Counted from the stretch's first letter, positions 1 to 13,252 are shown. The stretch: DNA of 64,000 nt from Eledone cirrhosa (GCA_964016885.1 OZ024746.1:99324001-99388000), one strand, 5' to 3'. Notes: a model not told the origin generated them from the letters alone. Program-made: numbers and translations.

Positions 1-364
1 ATGGTGTCCGACTCTACCAATACTGCCAATCCACCTCCCTTGGTTTGCGGAATAGTATGCCAAGTGGCAAAGAAGTCTGTCTGCGAAAAAAGGCTGCTGT
101 CAGTTGAGTATCGGAATCTAACACTTATTCATTACCAGAACACACAATCCTCACTAAATCGACCATTCACGTAGATACAGAAAACACTAATGCTAATGAC
201 TAAGAATCTTTATAATCATATTAGCCTAAATATTCAGCAGCAGATCTGTTGCTTTCTAAAAATGTCTCTAGTTTATTTAGCAGAGCAACACAGATCGTAG
301 TTGACTGGATTGGACATTACTATAATTTGTTAAACTATACCTCTGTTGTGATGATGAAGAAATT

Positions 365-3095
365 GTCACTACACATTCTCCAGTGGTAACCTGGTGCAGT
401 CTGTGACTAACCCAGGCTCTGCTGCACTTTGGGCTGAGGAGAGTAAACTCTCCAAATATCGGTCACTTTCTGACAGGTTTGCAGTGGAGCCCGTAGCAGT
501 TGAGACTTTGGTCCTAGGACCAGCTCCTTATTCACCATCATAGGCCACAGTGGAGCCTGTAGCAGTTGAGGCTTTGGTCCTAGGACCACCTCCTTATTCA
601 CCATCATAGGCCACAGTGGAGCCTGTAGCAGTTGAGGCTTTGGTCCTAGGACCACCTCCTTCTTCACCATCATAGGCCACAGTGGAGCCTGTAGCAGTTG
701 AGGCTTTGGTCCTAGGACCACCTCCTTATTCACCATCATAGGCCACAGTGGAGCCCGTAGCAGTTGAGACTTTGGTCCTAGGACCACCTCCTTCTTCACC
801 ATCATAGGCCAGTGGAGCCCGTAGCAGTTGAGACTTTGGTCCTAGGACCACCTCCTTCTTCACCATCATAGGCCACAGTGGGGCCCGTAGCAGTTGAGAC
901 TTTGGTCCTAGGACCACCTCCTTATTCACCATCATAGGCCAGTGGAGCCTGTAGCAGTTGAGACTTTGGTCCTAGGACCAGCTCCTTATTCACCATCATA
1001 GGCCACAGTGGGGCCCGTAGCAGTTGAGACTTTGGTCCTAGGACCACCTCCTTCTTCACCATCATAGGCCAGTGGAGCCCGTAGCAGTTGAGACTTTGGT
1101 CCTAGGACCACCTCGTTATTCACCATCATAGGCCACAGTGGGGCCCGTAGCAGTTGAGACTTTGGTCCTAGGACCACCTCCTTCTTCACCATCATAGGCC
1201 ACAGTGGGGCCCGTAGCAGTTGAGACTTTGGTCCTAGGACCACCTCCTTATTCACCATCATAGGCCACAGTGGAGCCCGTAGCAGTTGAGACTTTGGTCC
1301 TAGGACCACCTCCTTATTCACCATCATAGGCCACAGTGGGGCCCGTAGCAGTTGAGACTTTGGTCCTAGGACCACCTCCTTCTTCACCATCATAGGCCAC
1401 AGTGGGGCCCGTAGCAGTTGAGACTTTGGTCCTAGGACCACCTCCTTATTCACCATCATAGGCCACAGTGGAGCCCGTAGCAGTTGAGACTTTGGTCCTA
1501 GGACCACCTCCTTATTCACCATCATAGGCCACAGTGGGGCCCGTAGCAGTTGAGACTTTGGTCCTAGGACCACCTCCTTCTTCACCATCATAGGCCACAG
1601 TGGGGCCCGTAGCAGTTGAGACTTTGGTCCTAGGACCACCTCCTTCTTCACCATCATAGGCCACAGTGGGGCCCGTAGCAGTTGAGACTTTGGTCCTAGG
1701 ACCACCTCCTTATTCACCATCATAGGCCAGTGGAGCCTGTAGCAGTTGAGACTTTGGTCCTAGGACCAGCTCCTTATTCACCATCATAGGCCACAGTGGG
1801 GCCCGTAGCAGTTGAGACTTTGGTCCTAGGACCACCTCCTTCTTCACCATCATAGGCCAGTGGAGCCCGTAGCAGTTGAGACTTTGGTCCTAGGACCACC
1901 TCGTTATTCACCATCATAGGCCACAGTGGGGCCCGTAGCAGTTGAGACTTTGGTCCTAGGACCACCTCCTTCTTCACCATCATAGGCCACAGTGGGGCCC
2001 GTAGCAGTTGAGACTTTGGTCCTAGGACCACCTCCTTATTCACCATCATAGGCCACAGTGGAGCCCGTAGCAGTTGAGACTTTGGTCCTAGGACCACCTC
2101 CTTATTCACCATCATAGGCCACAGTGGGGCCCGTAGCAGTTGAGACTTTGGTCCTAGGACCACCTCCTTCTTCACCATCATAGGCCACAGTGGGGCCCGT
2201 AGCAGTTGAGACTTTGGTCCTAGGACCACCTCCTTATTCACCATCATAGGCCACAGTGGAGCCCGTAGCAGTTGAGACTTTGGTCCTAGGACCACCTCCT
2301 TATTCACCATCATAGGCCACAGTGGGGCCCGTAGCAGTTGAGACTTTGGTCCTAGGACCACCTCCTTCTTCACCATCATAGGCCACAGTGGGGCCCGTAG
2401 CAGTTGAGACTTTGGTCCTAGGACCACCTCCTTATTCACCATCATAGGCCACAGTGGAGCCCGTAGCAGTTGAGACTTTGGTCCTAGGACCACCTCCTTA
2501 TTCACCATCATAGGCCAGTGGAGCCTGTAGCAGTTGAGACTTTGGTCCTAGGACCACCTCCTTATTCACCATCATAGGCCACAGTGGGGCCCGTAGCAGT
2601 TGAGACTTTGGTCCTAGGACCACCTCCTTATTCACCATCATAGGCCAGTGGAGCCTGTAGCAGTTGAGACTTTGGTCCTAGGACCACCTCCTTATTCACC
2701 ATCATAGGCCACAGTGGGGCCCGTAGCAGTTGAGACTTTGGTCCTAGGACCAGCTCCTTATTCACCATCATAGGCCACAGTGGGGCCCGTAGCAGTTGAG
2801 ACTTTGGTCCTAGGACCACCTCCTTCTTCACCATCATAGGCCAGTGGAGCCCGTAGCAGTTGAGACTTTGGTCCTAGGACCACCTCCTTCTTCACCATCA
2901 TAGGCCACAGTGGAGCCCGTATCAGTTGAGACTTTGGTCCTAGGACCACCTCCTTCTTCACCATCATAGGTTCTGAGCTGGTTAACCACAGGTATGAACC
3001 TCGTGAGCTGGAATGACTCTTCCAATGCGTCTCCCTCTCCATCCTCCGGGGAAACGCCTTCTCTAGTCTGTCCGCCGGGGCCACGTGGCGGCATG
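365..3095 (+). mobile_element. CRE-type non-LTR retrotransposon 3' remnant (restriction-like endonuclease region) with an internal segment expanded into a satellite
   Basis: Left flank (aacctggtgcagtctgtgactaacccaggctctgctgcac) and right flank (gagctggaatgactcttccaatgcgtctccct) match the unexpanded copies at 6795-7130, 16760-17560 and 59370-59680. Confidence 0.75.
483..2970. repeat. 66-bp tandem satellite, about 38 units, with a 788-bp higher-order repeat
   Basis: Unit agtggagcccgtagcagttgagactttggtcctaggaccacctccttattcaccatcataggccac. Some units lack 2 bp. The variant pattern recurs after 788 bp (ORFs 986..1723 and 1774..2511 are near-identical). Confidence 0.97.
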
Positions 3096-3159
3096 TATGC
3101 ATGCATTGATGCATGTATGCATGCGTGAATGTATGTATATATGATGTATGTATGTAGGT

Positions 3160-3560
3160 GTCGAAGAGGGCACCTAACACTGAAAAGGAAGATGGGTGCT
3201 GTTGAACAACATCTGGTTTGCTAGCCGTGTGGTCGAGTCTGCCTGAGTAAAGCTGATTTGATTAGACACAAACAAAGTCATATCAGTAGACCTCATGTAG
3301 ATTATGATCTGAAAAAGGTGTAAGGAATGTGGAAAGGAATGTGCTAGCATGGGAGGTCTTTAAAGACACATGAGAACACACAGCCAGAACCAAGCAATAG
3401 AAAATCCCAGAAGAGCCTACAGTTGCCATATATGTGCCAGAGGGTGCAAGTCTTTGGCTGGTTTAAAGAGCAACATCTCTGCTTCACATTTTTGAGCTTT
3501 TTATCGGGCGACGACAATGCTCGAACACGAGTTTGCAGCCATCATGTATGTATGTATGAG
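3160..3560 (+). mobile_element. RTE-clade LINE 3' end (degenerate C2H2-like zinc fingers, (ATGT)n tail)
   Basis: Encodes CKECGKECASMGGL..RHMRTH and CHICARGCKSLAGLK. Ends gtttgcagccatcatgtatgtatg, like the RTE at 13740-15125. Confidence 0.75.
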
Positions 3561-3765
3561 TTATATTTCTTTTTTTAATCTTGTGAATTCTTCCTACAGT
3601 GAAGGAACTGATTCCTAACAGGATGACAAAGCTACATCGCCGGAATTAGAATAATAACAATTATTACAATGATCTGTTGAACTTTAGAAACGGTTTGGGT
3701 ATCTCTCCGCTGACAAATTGTATTGTAAAGTGTTTTACTTGGCTGGTCATGTTCTGTTTAGTGAA

Positions 3766-4070
3766 GGCGCGTGGCTTTGTGGTTAGGGTGTTCGGCTCAC
3801 AATCGTAAGTTCGTGTGTTCGATTCCTGGCTGCGTGTTGTGTCCTTGAGCAAAACACTTTATTTCACGTTGTTCCAGTCCACTCAGCTGCAAAAATGAAC
3901 GATCAGCTTTGTCACATTCTGTGTCACACTGAATCTCCCTGAGAACCACGGTAAGGGTACGCATATCTGGGGAATGCTTCGCCACTTTCACGTTGATTTC
4001 ACGAACAGGCTTTTCCATTGATCAGATCAACTGGAACAGTCGTCGTCGTAAACGACGGAGTACATTCCAT
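3766..4070 (+). mobile_element. tRNA-derived SINE
   Basis: A-box TGGCTTTGTGG and B-box GTTCGATTCC, followed by a gtgtccttgagcaaaacactt core-like segment. Confidence 0.75.
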
Positions 4071-4650
4071 GTTTTGTTTGTTTTGTTGTTTTTTAGTCTG
4101 AAAAGCACAGTTCTCCGAGATTGTTACTGAAACATTTATCAACATCTAAACCATAATAAAGTAAGAAGCGCGAGACTGCGTACGGTTTATAATTTTTTAT
4201 CCCATTAGTAAAATAAGTTGGATTACTTTGAATAAATAATTTTCTACTTTTGGCACAAGGCCAGCAATTACCCAGTGTATTACTGGTACTTTGAATAAAT
4301 AATGAATGAATATTACACAATTTATCCCCTACATTTCGTGGCTGTTCATTAAATATATTTTATTATTTCTTTAATGATTCACTTCTTTAAAATGTTCAAA
4401 TGTCAACACTTCCGGTGGCGATCGCTTAAATAAACATACTAATTTTCCGTCACTAATTTTCTCCTAATGCAGTTTATATATAATATCGTATTTTTTTAAT
4501 GTATCATGGATTACGTTACTGATTACATAAGACAGTGTAACACAGTCTCTCTTCAATTTCTGTGCATATTGTCAATTACGATTTCATTTGATGTATCATA
4601 TCTACATGTATATATACTTGCGTATAATATAAATATACACACTACACATG

Positions 4651-4691
4651 CTAGCAGAAAAACCACCCCCGAAGGGTGGTTTTTCTGCTAG
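4651..4691. repeat. Perfect hairpin, 18-bp arms and 5-nt loop, CTAG at both ends
   Basis: ctagcagaaaaaccaccc-ccgaa-gggtggtttttctgctag. Confidence 0.9.
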
Positions 4692-5007
4692 TACAATATA
4701 ATGCACGAATAATTGTTGTTAGAATTGTGAAATTATTATCCGGAAAAGAAGTTGTATGTTTTGAAGCAATTGTCTCGATATTTCTTCTCCACAGATTTTG
4801 GCAGAAATGTTCTCGTCTGCATGATAGCTGGCATTTATAATTATACATATTTCTTTCCAGTGCCAAACAACTACGTCTCTAAAATACCTGTTATGTATTC
4901 ACTTGCCGGAAATATATATTCAGCAACAAAGATATTTTCTATATTTATCTCAAGGTAGTCTTTCCTACGGATCGCCTTGCATATAGGGTTTGTAACAATA
5001 TCGTGTC

Positions 5008-5230
5008 GCGGATTGGCAGTATCGGTGGAGCGCCGGACATCAGGCTTTATGGCATAGGGTTACGTCCCTTTACGATCTGAGTTACGATCTGAGGTTAACT
5101 TTGCCTGTCATCCTTACTTATGGGGTTCGATCATATAAAGCACCAGTAATGCACTGGGGTCGATAAAATAAAGTACCAGTAATGCACCGGGTCGATTTAA
5201 TCGACTTTCCTTTCCCCAAAACTGGTACTA
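5008..5230 (+). mobile_element. tRNA-derived SINE (dominant family in the window), degenerate
   Basis: ggattggcagtatcggt...gaggttaactttgcctgtcatccttac...aaagtaccagtaatgcac. Confidence 0.75.
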
Positions 5231-5854
5231 TAAATATCTTTTGAGATATTCACTTGTTGTAAGAGGAAAGTTTCGGCTGCCATATTTTCTAAAATTCTGC
5301 TATAACATTTTGGCGGAGGGATGGATGTGTCCTTAACAACATCATAAAAAGAAATTGATATAAAAATACAATCATTTGCACCCAATCCACTTTCAGTTAT
5401 ATTTATATGTTTATGTACATGTCTATGGAGGTGTCTCTCTCCTATTGTGACGTTGAGGCACCACAGTGATCCTGCTATTTGTAGAAAAATATTTAAATCT
5501 TAGTAAATGAATCAAGCTGTGCTGAAAGTATTCAAACAGTTCGAAAAAAAGGGATTTTGAATCGGAACACTCACCCCGACACCCACACACCCATCGCCCC
5601 ATACACTAGCCCCCCACCCCCATACATCAGTATCCCCACACCACACACCTACACCCACCCACCAGCCTCCCCCCACACAGCAACGAATCTCCCCCACCCA
5701 CGCACACATCACACACACACACACACATGTTTGCAGTTATGTCGGCGTTGCTGATGACATTCTAATAGATGAGATGCTTATCTGACAATGATGACTAATA
5801 CCAAAATGGACGATACGTAATGAGAGAGATTTCTAGACGTTAGCATGTCAATAT

Positions 5855-6015
5855 CATACATACACATACACACACATACACATACACACATACACACACA
5901 TACACACATACACACATACACATGCACACATACACACATACACACATACTCATACACACATACACATACACACATACACATACACACATACTCATACGCA
6001 CATACACACACATAC

Positions 6016-6052
<37 letters not shown>

Positions 6053-6240
6053 TACACACACACATACACACACACACACACACACACATACACACATACA
6101 CACATACATACATACACACACGCACATTCACACACACGCACATTCACACACACGCACATACGCATACACGCATATGCACAGACACACATACACATATACA
6201 CACATGTACACACACACACACGCACACACATAACTCACAT
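5855..6240. repeat. (CA)n/(CATACA)n microsatellite
   Basis: Directly visible. Confidence 0.95.
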
Positions 6241-6256
6241 TTTAGCCTTAATAATA

Positions 6257-6440
6257 ATTGTTTCTACTTTAGGCACAAGGCCAGCAATAACCCAGTGTAT
6301 TACTGGTACTTTATTTTATCGACCCCGTAAGGATGAAAGGCAAAGTTAACCTCGGCGGGATTTGAACTCAGTCCGTAAAGGGACGTAACTGTGCTGCAAA
6401 GCATGGCGTCCGACCCTCTACCGATACTGTCAATCCCCTA
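6257..6440 (-). mobile_element. tRNA-derived SINE, full length
   Basis: Reverse complement of the copy at 39445-39630. The B-box GTTCAAATCC is seen as ggatttgaac. Confidence 0.85.
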
Positions 6441-6597
6441 TAATAATGAATATTAAAACTCTTCTTCGCTATTGAGTACTCCTTTATGTGTCAACCACAC
6501 ACACACACAACACACATACATACACGCTCACACACACATATATATGAACAAATTGGGGTTGAGCGCTGAACTTTCTGCACACACACAAATATATATA

Positions 6598-6780
6598 TAA
6601 TTGTTTCTACTTTTGGCACAAGGCCAGTAATTACCTCAGTGTATTACTGGTACTTTATTTTATCGACCCCGTAAGGATGAAAGGCAAAGTTAACCTCGGC
6701 GGGATTTGAACTCAGAATGGCAAGGGCCGTAACTATGTGCGTGAAAGCATGGTGTCCAACCCTCTGCCAATCCACTGCCC
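6598..6780 (-). mobile_element. tRNA-derived SINE
   Basis: Near-identical to 6257-6440. Confidence 0.85.
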
Positions 6781-6794
6781 TATATATATATATA

Positions 6795-7130
6795 TCGGTG
6801 GCAAACCCCTCGTCTGGGATGCCACTTGCACCGCCACTTACACCAGCTGCAACCTGGTGGAGTCTGCGACTAACCCAGGTTCTGCTGCACGTCGGGCTGA
6901 GGAGGCCAAACTCTTCAAATACCGGTCGCTCTCCGACAGGTTTGCGATTGTACCCTTGGCGGTGGAGACTTCTGGTGTCCTCAGCCCTAGGGCTACCTCC
7001 CTACTCACAACCATAGTCGCTGAGCTGGCCAGCCGCAGGTGTGAGCGTCTCCCTTACCGTCCTCCGGGTAAACGCCTTCTCCATTCTGCTCGCCAGGGCT
7101 GTGGGGAGGCCAGCAATATGATTGACTGAC
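6795..7130 (+). mobile_element. CRE-type LINE endonuclease fragment
   Basis: GKPLVWDATCT...AARRAEEAKLFKYRSL..FAIVPLAVETSGVL, a PD-(D/E)xK-type C-terminus of CRE-clade elements. Confidence 0.8.
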
Positions 7131-7319
7131 TTGTCATTTTATTAGTCATATGTTGTCTCTCTCTATTCTTTAGAGAAGCTCTGGAAGTGTTCGGTATTTC
7201 AACCTTTCACCAAACTTTTGATAGAAATGCCTTCTACATGACTAGAACTGTTTGATTCGATAGGAATCATATTGAGTCCCTTAATTACTGTGGTTACCTC
7301 TGATTGAACCCGGGACTCA

Positions 7320-8600
7320 CACACACACCCACATGTATATATATATTCCCCACCATCAATAATACTAACACCCACTAACACCCTCTCTACCACACACACA
7401 CACTCATCCAAACACGCACACACACACACCAGTACGTACACTACACTCCCTCCTCCGTCCCCAACACCTTTTCTCTCCCTCTCCCTCCCCCCGCTCCACC
7501 TACACCCCTTCACACACACATCCCATTAACACCTCCACTAATATACACCCCATCCCCCACACCACCACCTTCTCCCTCCACCTTTCACACCTACCCATCC
7601 TCTCCCCTGTCCACCGCACCTCCGCACACACGGACACAGTCCACACCACATACAGACCCTTTCTTCACCTGTCATCCTCATCTACTGTTATCTCTTTACC
7701 CTCTGACCACTTCCTATTGCGCGCGCACCCCACATTTCTCCACTTCCGCACTACCACAACAGGTTTTCACACCACCGGTCATCGCTCCAGCTATCCACTC
7801 CATAACACGTGGAATCTCCAGGATCTTGTCTCACACTCCACGGAACTACCTTAGTAACTTACCCAAGAACAAACACTCACATTATTTTCGAACCACGTCT
7901 CTTACATCCACACCACGTATAAACACAAACACACTCGTGCGTATCCCCACATACACACACTCAGACTCCGGAATCCACCTGCCTGTCCCCCCTCCCCTCT
8001 ATCCACACGCACGCACACACCGACTTACACCCCACTGCATGTACACACCGGCTCCCCTTTACCTGAACATGGAACCTCGTTCCTCCCCCAACTCTCACAT
8101 TCACATACACACACACACGCACATACACACATACACATACACCACCTTCAGCCCTCCCCGCATGGACTCCCCCCCCCCAGCCACTCCACCCCATCCACCT
8201 GCCACCACGCCTACACGCCTCACACCCTTCCACCACTTGTTTATTTTTATGTTTAATTTTGTTTTTATTTGTACTTCTAAAAAAAAAAAATCGACCCCCC
8301 CCCCTTTTTTTTAAAATGTTTTTCCACCACTCCCCCACACACCCTCGGAACTATCTTCCTACCCACTTTTCTCCTGATGAAGGGCTTATGTCTGAAACGT
8401 CCCCCCCCTTTTTTTAAAATGTTTTTCCACCACTCCCCCACACACCCTCGGAACTATCTTCCTACCCACTTTTCTCCTGATGAAGGGCTTATGTCTGAAA
8501 CGTCCCCCCCCCCACACACACTCTCAAAAGCGTGAACCTAATAAACTACCATTTTTACTGCCTCTCTGTTTTTTCTTCCTGTCTAATATTTAACTATATT
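7320..8600 (+). mobile_element. C/A-rich Penelope-like element remnant ending in a duplicated HHR
   Basis: Homologous to the reverse complement of 28580-30390 (shared cacttcct.ttgcgcgcgcaccccac and ccaccttcagccctccccg). HHR motifs near the 3' end, followed by (TA)n. Confidence 0.6.
8366..8510 (+). ncRNA. Two tandem minimal type I HHR motifs, 103 bp apart (cores at 8374 and 8477)
   Basis: CTGATGA-AGGGC-TTAT-GTCT-GAAAC-GTC, twice. Confidence 0.7.
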
Positions 8601-8660
<60 letters not shown>

Positions 8661-8664
<4 letters not shown>

Positions 8665-8960
8665 AAGAAAGAAGAGTAACATGGCTGGCTGTACAATAAG
8701 GGCTTTATTTAAAGTACTGACAATTGTTTCGTTGATCAGGTGTGTCTAGAGTTCGCTAATCGCTTGAGGTTGCGTCAATCGATCTCCAATACATTGTTTA
8801 CCCCAGCACGTAGATATGAAAATAGTTCACTCGAGGCAAGACTTATATAGAAAAGTAGTGTAACACCAAACCAATAACATCAATAATAAAATAGCGTATA
8901 ATTAAAAGAATAACATCAATAGTAAAACATGTATGGTAAATAGGTAGAGAAGTTACAGAT
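8661..8960 (-). mobile_element. Penelope-type terminal repeat (same family as 19655-22062 and 24505-24720), HHR 5' half lost
   Basis: Shares acatggctggctgtacaataagggctttattt and, on the minus strand, GAAACAATTGTC. Abuts (TA)n. Confidence 0.6.
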
Positions 8961-9084
8961 GTAAATGAGTAAAATATAAGATAGGGTACATTGGATTACC
9001 TATAACGATAACTTGTTATCCCATATATATATATATATATTAATTCAAAATATTAATAAATATAGATATTCGTGTGATCAAATA

Positions 9085-9150
9085 TATTTTATTATATATA
9101 TTTCAGAGGTACTGTGCTGTTTCCTCAGTACGTCCTCATCAGATAAAATA
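9085..9150 (-). ncRNA. Type I HHR
   Basis: Minus strand: tattttat-CTGATGA-GGACGTACTG-loop-CAGTACCTCT-GAAA-TATATA-TA-ataaaata. Confidence 0.65.
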
Positions 9151-9224
9151 AATTGATGTCTGACATACCTCAACTGTGTTGATGGTACAATTCCAGTCTT
9201 GGACCAACATATATATATATGTAC

Positions 9225-9300
<76 letters not shown>

Positions 9301-9305
<5 letters not shown>

Positions 9306-9712
9306 ATACTTTGGGAGGGTCATGTTGCCAATAAGAAACACACGCACCAGTTGCTTTCACTCCAATTTATTAATTAAATTATAAATTTTAAAATTTATTA
9401 ATTTCCGGTTGGTTGGTTGCTTCCACAACCGGACGGTTGTTTATATATTGTCAAAGTTCTTTCGCCACACATTCTGTGACCTCTTCAGTGACTGGGGATT
9501 CTTCTCTTTGTTTTGTGCCTCTCCTTTGTTCTGTCCTACGCCATCTTGTTTTTATGTGTGACGAAAGAACTTTGACAATATATAAACAACCCTCCGGTTG
9601 TGGAAGCAACCAACCAACCGGAAATTTATACATTTTAAAATTAATAATTTAGTTAAAAAATTGGTGCATGTGTTTGTTATTGGCAACATGACCCTCCCAA
9701 AGTATAACAATA
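9301..9712. repeat. Long inverted repeat (arms about 170 bp) beside (TA)n
   Basis: ttgttatactttgggagggtcatgttgccaataa ... ttattggcaacatgaccctcccaaagtataacaa. A related single copy lies at 56805-57030. Confidence 0.85.
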
Positions 9713-9903
9713 TCGGTTTCAACACACGTTTTCAGATGAAGAATCTTGCTAAACAAATTCAGAAACGATATATATATATATATATATATTTGAGGAAAGT
9801 CGGGACTCTTAGAAGATAACGAAACATATTTCATTAGCTTTACTTTTTTTGTAGTGTAACTAACACTAACACTTTGTACTGCATTCTTCGCTTTGTTTTT
9901 TGT

Positions 9904-9992
<89 letters not shown>

Positions 9993-10610
9993 CTACAAAA
10001 AAAGTAAAGCTAATGAACTATGTTTCGTTAGTCTTCTAAGAGTCATTATTGTCAATGTTTATGAGGAGGAAGAAAGGAAAGTGGTGTATGCAAGGTGGAG
10101 AGAAGTTAAAATGGAGATAGACGTGTTGATAAGATGCAATAGTTTTGGAGGTTAACGCTAATTAGCAGCCAGTGTGGGGTGAGGCAGGCTTATGTTGGCT
10201 GAAAATACTTGCCATTTCTATACACATTCAGGGATGGCCACAGAAAAGTTTCTAGAATTTTCTTTTCTCCTTAGTTACAACTCACATCTGTTTAACGTCT
10301 GCTTCTAAGTTTATTGTTCTCTTTCTGTCTTTCCTTCATTCCTTTCCTTCATTCCTTTATTCACCCGTTCCCTCATTTAACTCTTCTTACTATTATCCTC
10401 CTTTTCTTTCTTTGCTTCTTTTATTTCCTTAAATCGTATTTATTCAGAATATTTATTTACTCCAACGCTGTCTATACATACATATATACATACATATATA
10501 CATACATATATACATACGCATATACATACGTACATGTATACATACATACATGTATACATACATACATACATACGTACATACATACATACATACATACATA
10601 CATACATACA

Positions 10611-12543
10611 TGACTGTCGTGTGGCTGGACTATCAAAAAGCATTTGATAGTGTACCTCATGGGTGGATTATTAAGGCTTTACAGTTAGCTAAAGTCCCAC
10701 AACCATTAGTAGCTGCTGTTGAACGCCTGACCAAGAACTGGTACACCAATTTGATCCTTAGAGGTGAGAAGGAGCAGGTTAAGACTGATAGGATACATTA
10801 CCAGAAGGGCATCTTTCAGGGTGATAGCTTGTCAGTACTACTCTTCGTTCTCTCACTGAATCCACTATCTTACCTACTCAGGAAACAAGGTGGACAAAGA
10901 AGTGGGCCCAGAAGTATCTCCCATCTTTTCTTTGTTGATGACCTGAAGTTGTATGGGCCAAATATCAATGACATCAAGAAACAATTGGACCTCATTACAC
11001 AATTTTCAACCGACATCAAAATGAAATTTGGTGAGTCCAAGTGTGCATATTTGGCAGTAAAACGTGGAAGAGCTGTGCCCTCCTCTAGAAATCTAGATAT
11101 GAACGGCCTGACAATACAACCTCTGCAGTCAGGTGACAACTACAGATATCTTGGACAGGATGAGAATATCAGATATGATGGACCCATAAATAAGGAGAGA
11201 ACCAGAACTGAATACCTCAGAAGAGTAAAAAAAATATGGTCATCAGAACTGTCAGCATACAACAAATACATTGCCCACAATACCTATGCTGTGCCAATTC
11301 TAACGCCAACATTTGGCCTACTGAACTGGTCATTGCAAGAACTAAGTGAGATGGATGTTAGAACTCGTAAACTTCTCAGTGTTACTGGGAACTTTGACAT
11401 CAATGGTGATGTGGATAGGCTATACTTCTCACGCAAGGAAGGTGGCCGGGGTTTAAATCAATATTAACAACATATGAGATCCGGATAGTAACACTGAAGC
11501 AACACCTTCAACAGAGGAAAAAGGTTGGCGACCATCTTGCTCAGGTTTATGAGCATGAAAAAAGAAATATCATTAGAATAGCGACTGATCTGGAGGAGAG
11601 ATATGGAATAAAGCCTGATATAAATCTCTCACTCAGAGAAATCGGAAGATCCTATTCAATGTTCAAACAAGAAAAAAAAATTGACCAATTTACAGAGAAA
11701 GTTGTGCATGGATACTTGAGGCGTAAAACACAGACCATAGAGGGGATAAACCACTCAAAAAGCCTGGCATGGAGTTCCGACAAGTTTATGACATCACACC
11801 TTGAGGGATATCTCTATGCAATACAGGAACAAGAACTCCCTGCCAAATATCTGCTGCACAAAAGAGGAGGGCCAGCAGCTGACAATAAATGTAGGCTATG
11901 TAAAACAAAGATCGAGGATGTAAGCCACATTGTTGCCAGCTGCGAAAGAATGTCATCTCGCTACTACCTCCCCATGAGACACGATGGGATAGCTAGAACT
12001 ATCTGGAACGCACTTCGGAAAACAAAATTAACAACAAACGAGGAAGAATATATTGAGACAGATGGCACTAAGGAATACTGGTGGAACCTGAAAATAAAAA
12101 CTGCCACCAAATTAAAGCACAACCGGCCTGATATTGTAGTTTGGGACCACACATTGAAAACGTGTTCTGTTGTGGAGATCAGCTGCCCACTTGATGTAAA
12201 CGTTGTCAGAAAAATACAGGAGAAGGAGGACATCTACGGACCATTGATGAGGAGCTTACAAATCCAGTATCCAAGATACACCTTTAGCTTCATACCCATC
12301 ATTATTGGTGCTACGGGTTATATACCAACCCGCTTGGACCAAAGTATGACCGAACTTGGATTTGCGGACAAAAAGCGCAGCTCCCTAATTCATAGTCTAC
12401 AAATGGCTGCGATAGCTGGCACCTTCAAAATATGCAAAACATTCTTGCGATTCAAGGGATGACAATTTCTTTTCTTTTACAACCTTGCCACCAGGAAGGT
12501 GGCCGGTCAAAAAAATATACTCGAAATTAAGAGAAAGAGAAAA
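10611..12543 (+). mobile_element. R4/Dong-clade non-LTR retrotransposon, 5'-truncated (RT, CCHC finger, restriction-like endonuclease), one frameshift near 11457
   Basis: LDYQKAFDSVPH, GIFQGDSLS, SHLFFVDDLKLY, DRLYFSRKEGGRGL, CRLCK..EDVSHIVASC, RHD, HNRPDIVVWD..VEISCP. Flanked on both sides by (CATA)n. Confidence 0.92.
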
Positions 12544-12637
12544 CATACATACATACATACATACATACATACATACATACATACATACATACATACGTAC
12601 GTACATACATACATACATACATACATACATACATACA

Positions 12638-12670
<33 letters not shown>

Positions 12671-13252
12671 GTAAAACATTCCAAAAATTTTGCATATGTA
12701 AAACATACCAAAAATGTTGCATCTAATAACAGCATATACACATGTACAGATACAAAGCATATACACATGCACACATACAACTCAAAACATCCACATCCAC
12801 ACATACAATAACATCCATATCTACACATGCATGCATATCTACCTAGTTGATGATGTGTGAATTTCAATGAGAGTCTTGTGTCTATGTTAGAAACTGACTC
12901 TCTCTCTATTGGCAAAAAATGTGTGAAATTATAAAACCAGAAGAACATACATACATACATACATACATACTTACATATACATACATACGTACATACGTAT
13001 ATACATACAAACGTATATACATACAAACGTATATACAAACATACATACACACACACATACATATGTACATACGTATACACATACATACGTATTTACATAC
13101 ATGCATACGTACAGACGTATATACATACATACATACGTATAAACATACATACGTATATACATACGTACGTACATACATACATATATACGTACGTACGTAC
13201 GTGCGTGCATACATACGTACGTACGTGCATACATACATATGTATATACATAC
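12544..13252. repeat. (TACA)n microsatellite field
   Basis: Directly visible. Confidence 0.9.

Noticed and set aside
407-2850. Minus-strand ORFs with a 22-aa repeat (MMVKKEVVLGPKSQLLRAPLWP)
   Set aside because: By-product of the 66-bp unit being a multiple of three. The ORFs are antisense to the LINE source and broken by the 64-bp units.
483-2970. CRISPR-like array with a palindromic repeat
   Set aside because: No unique spacers, no cas genes, eukaryotic context.
4651-4691. Rho-independent terminator
   Set aside because: Eukaryotic repeat context with no upstream bacterial-type gene.
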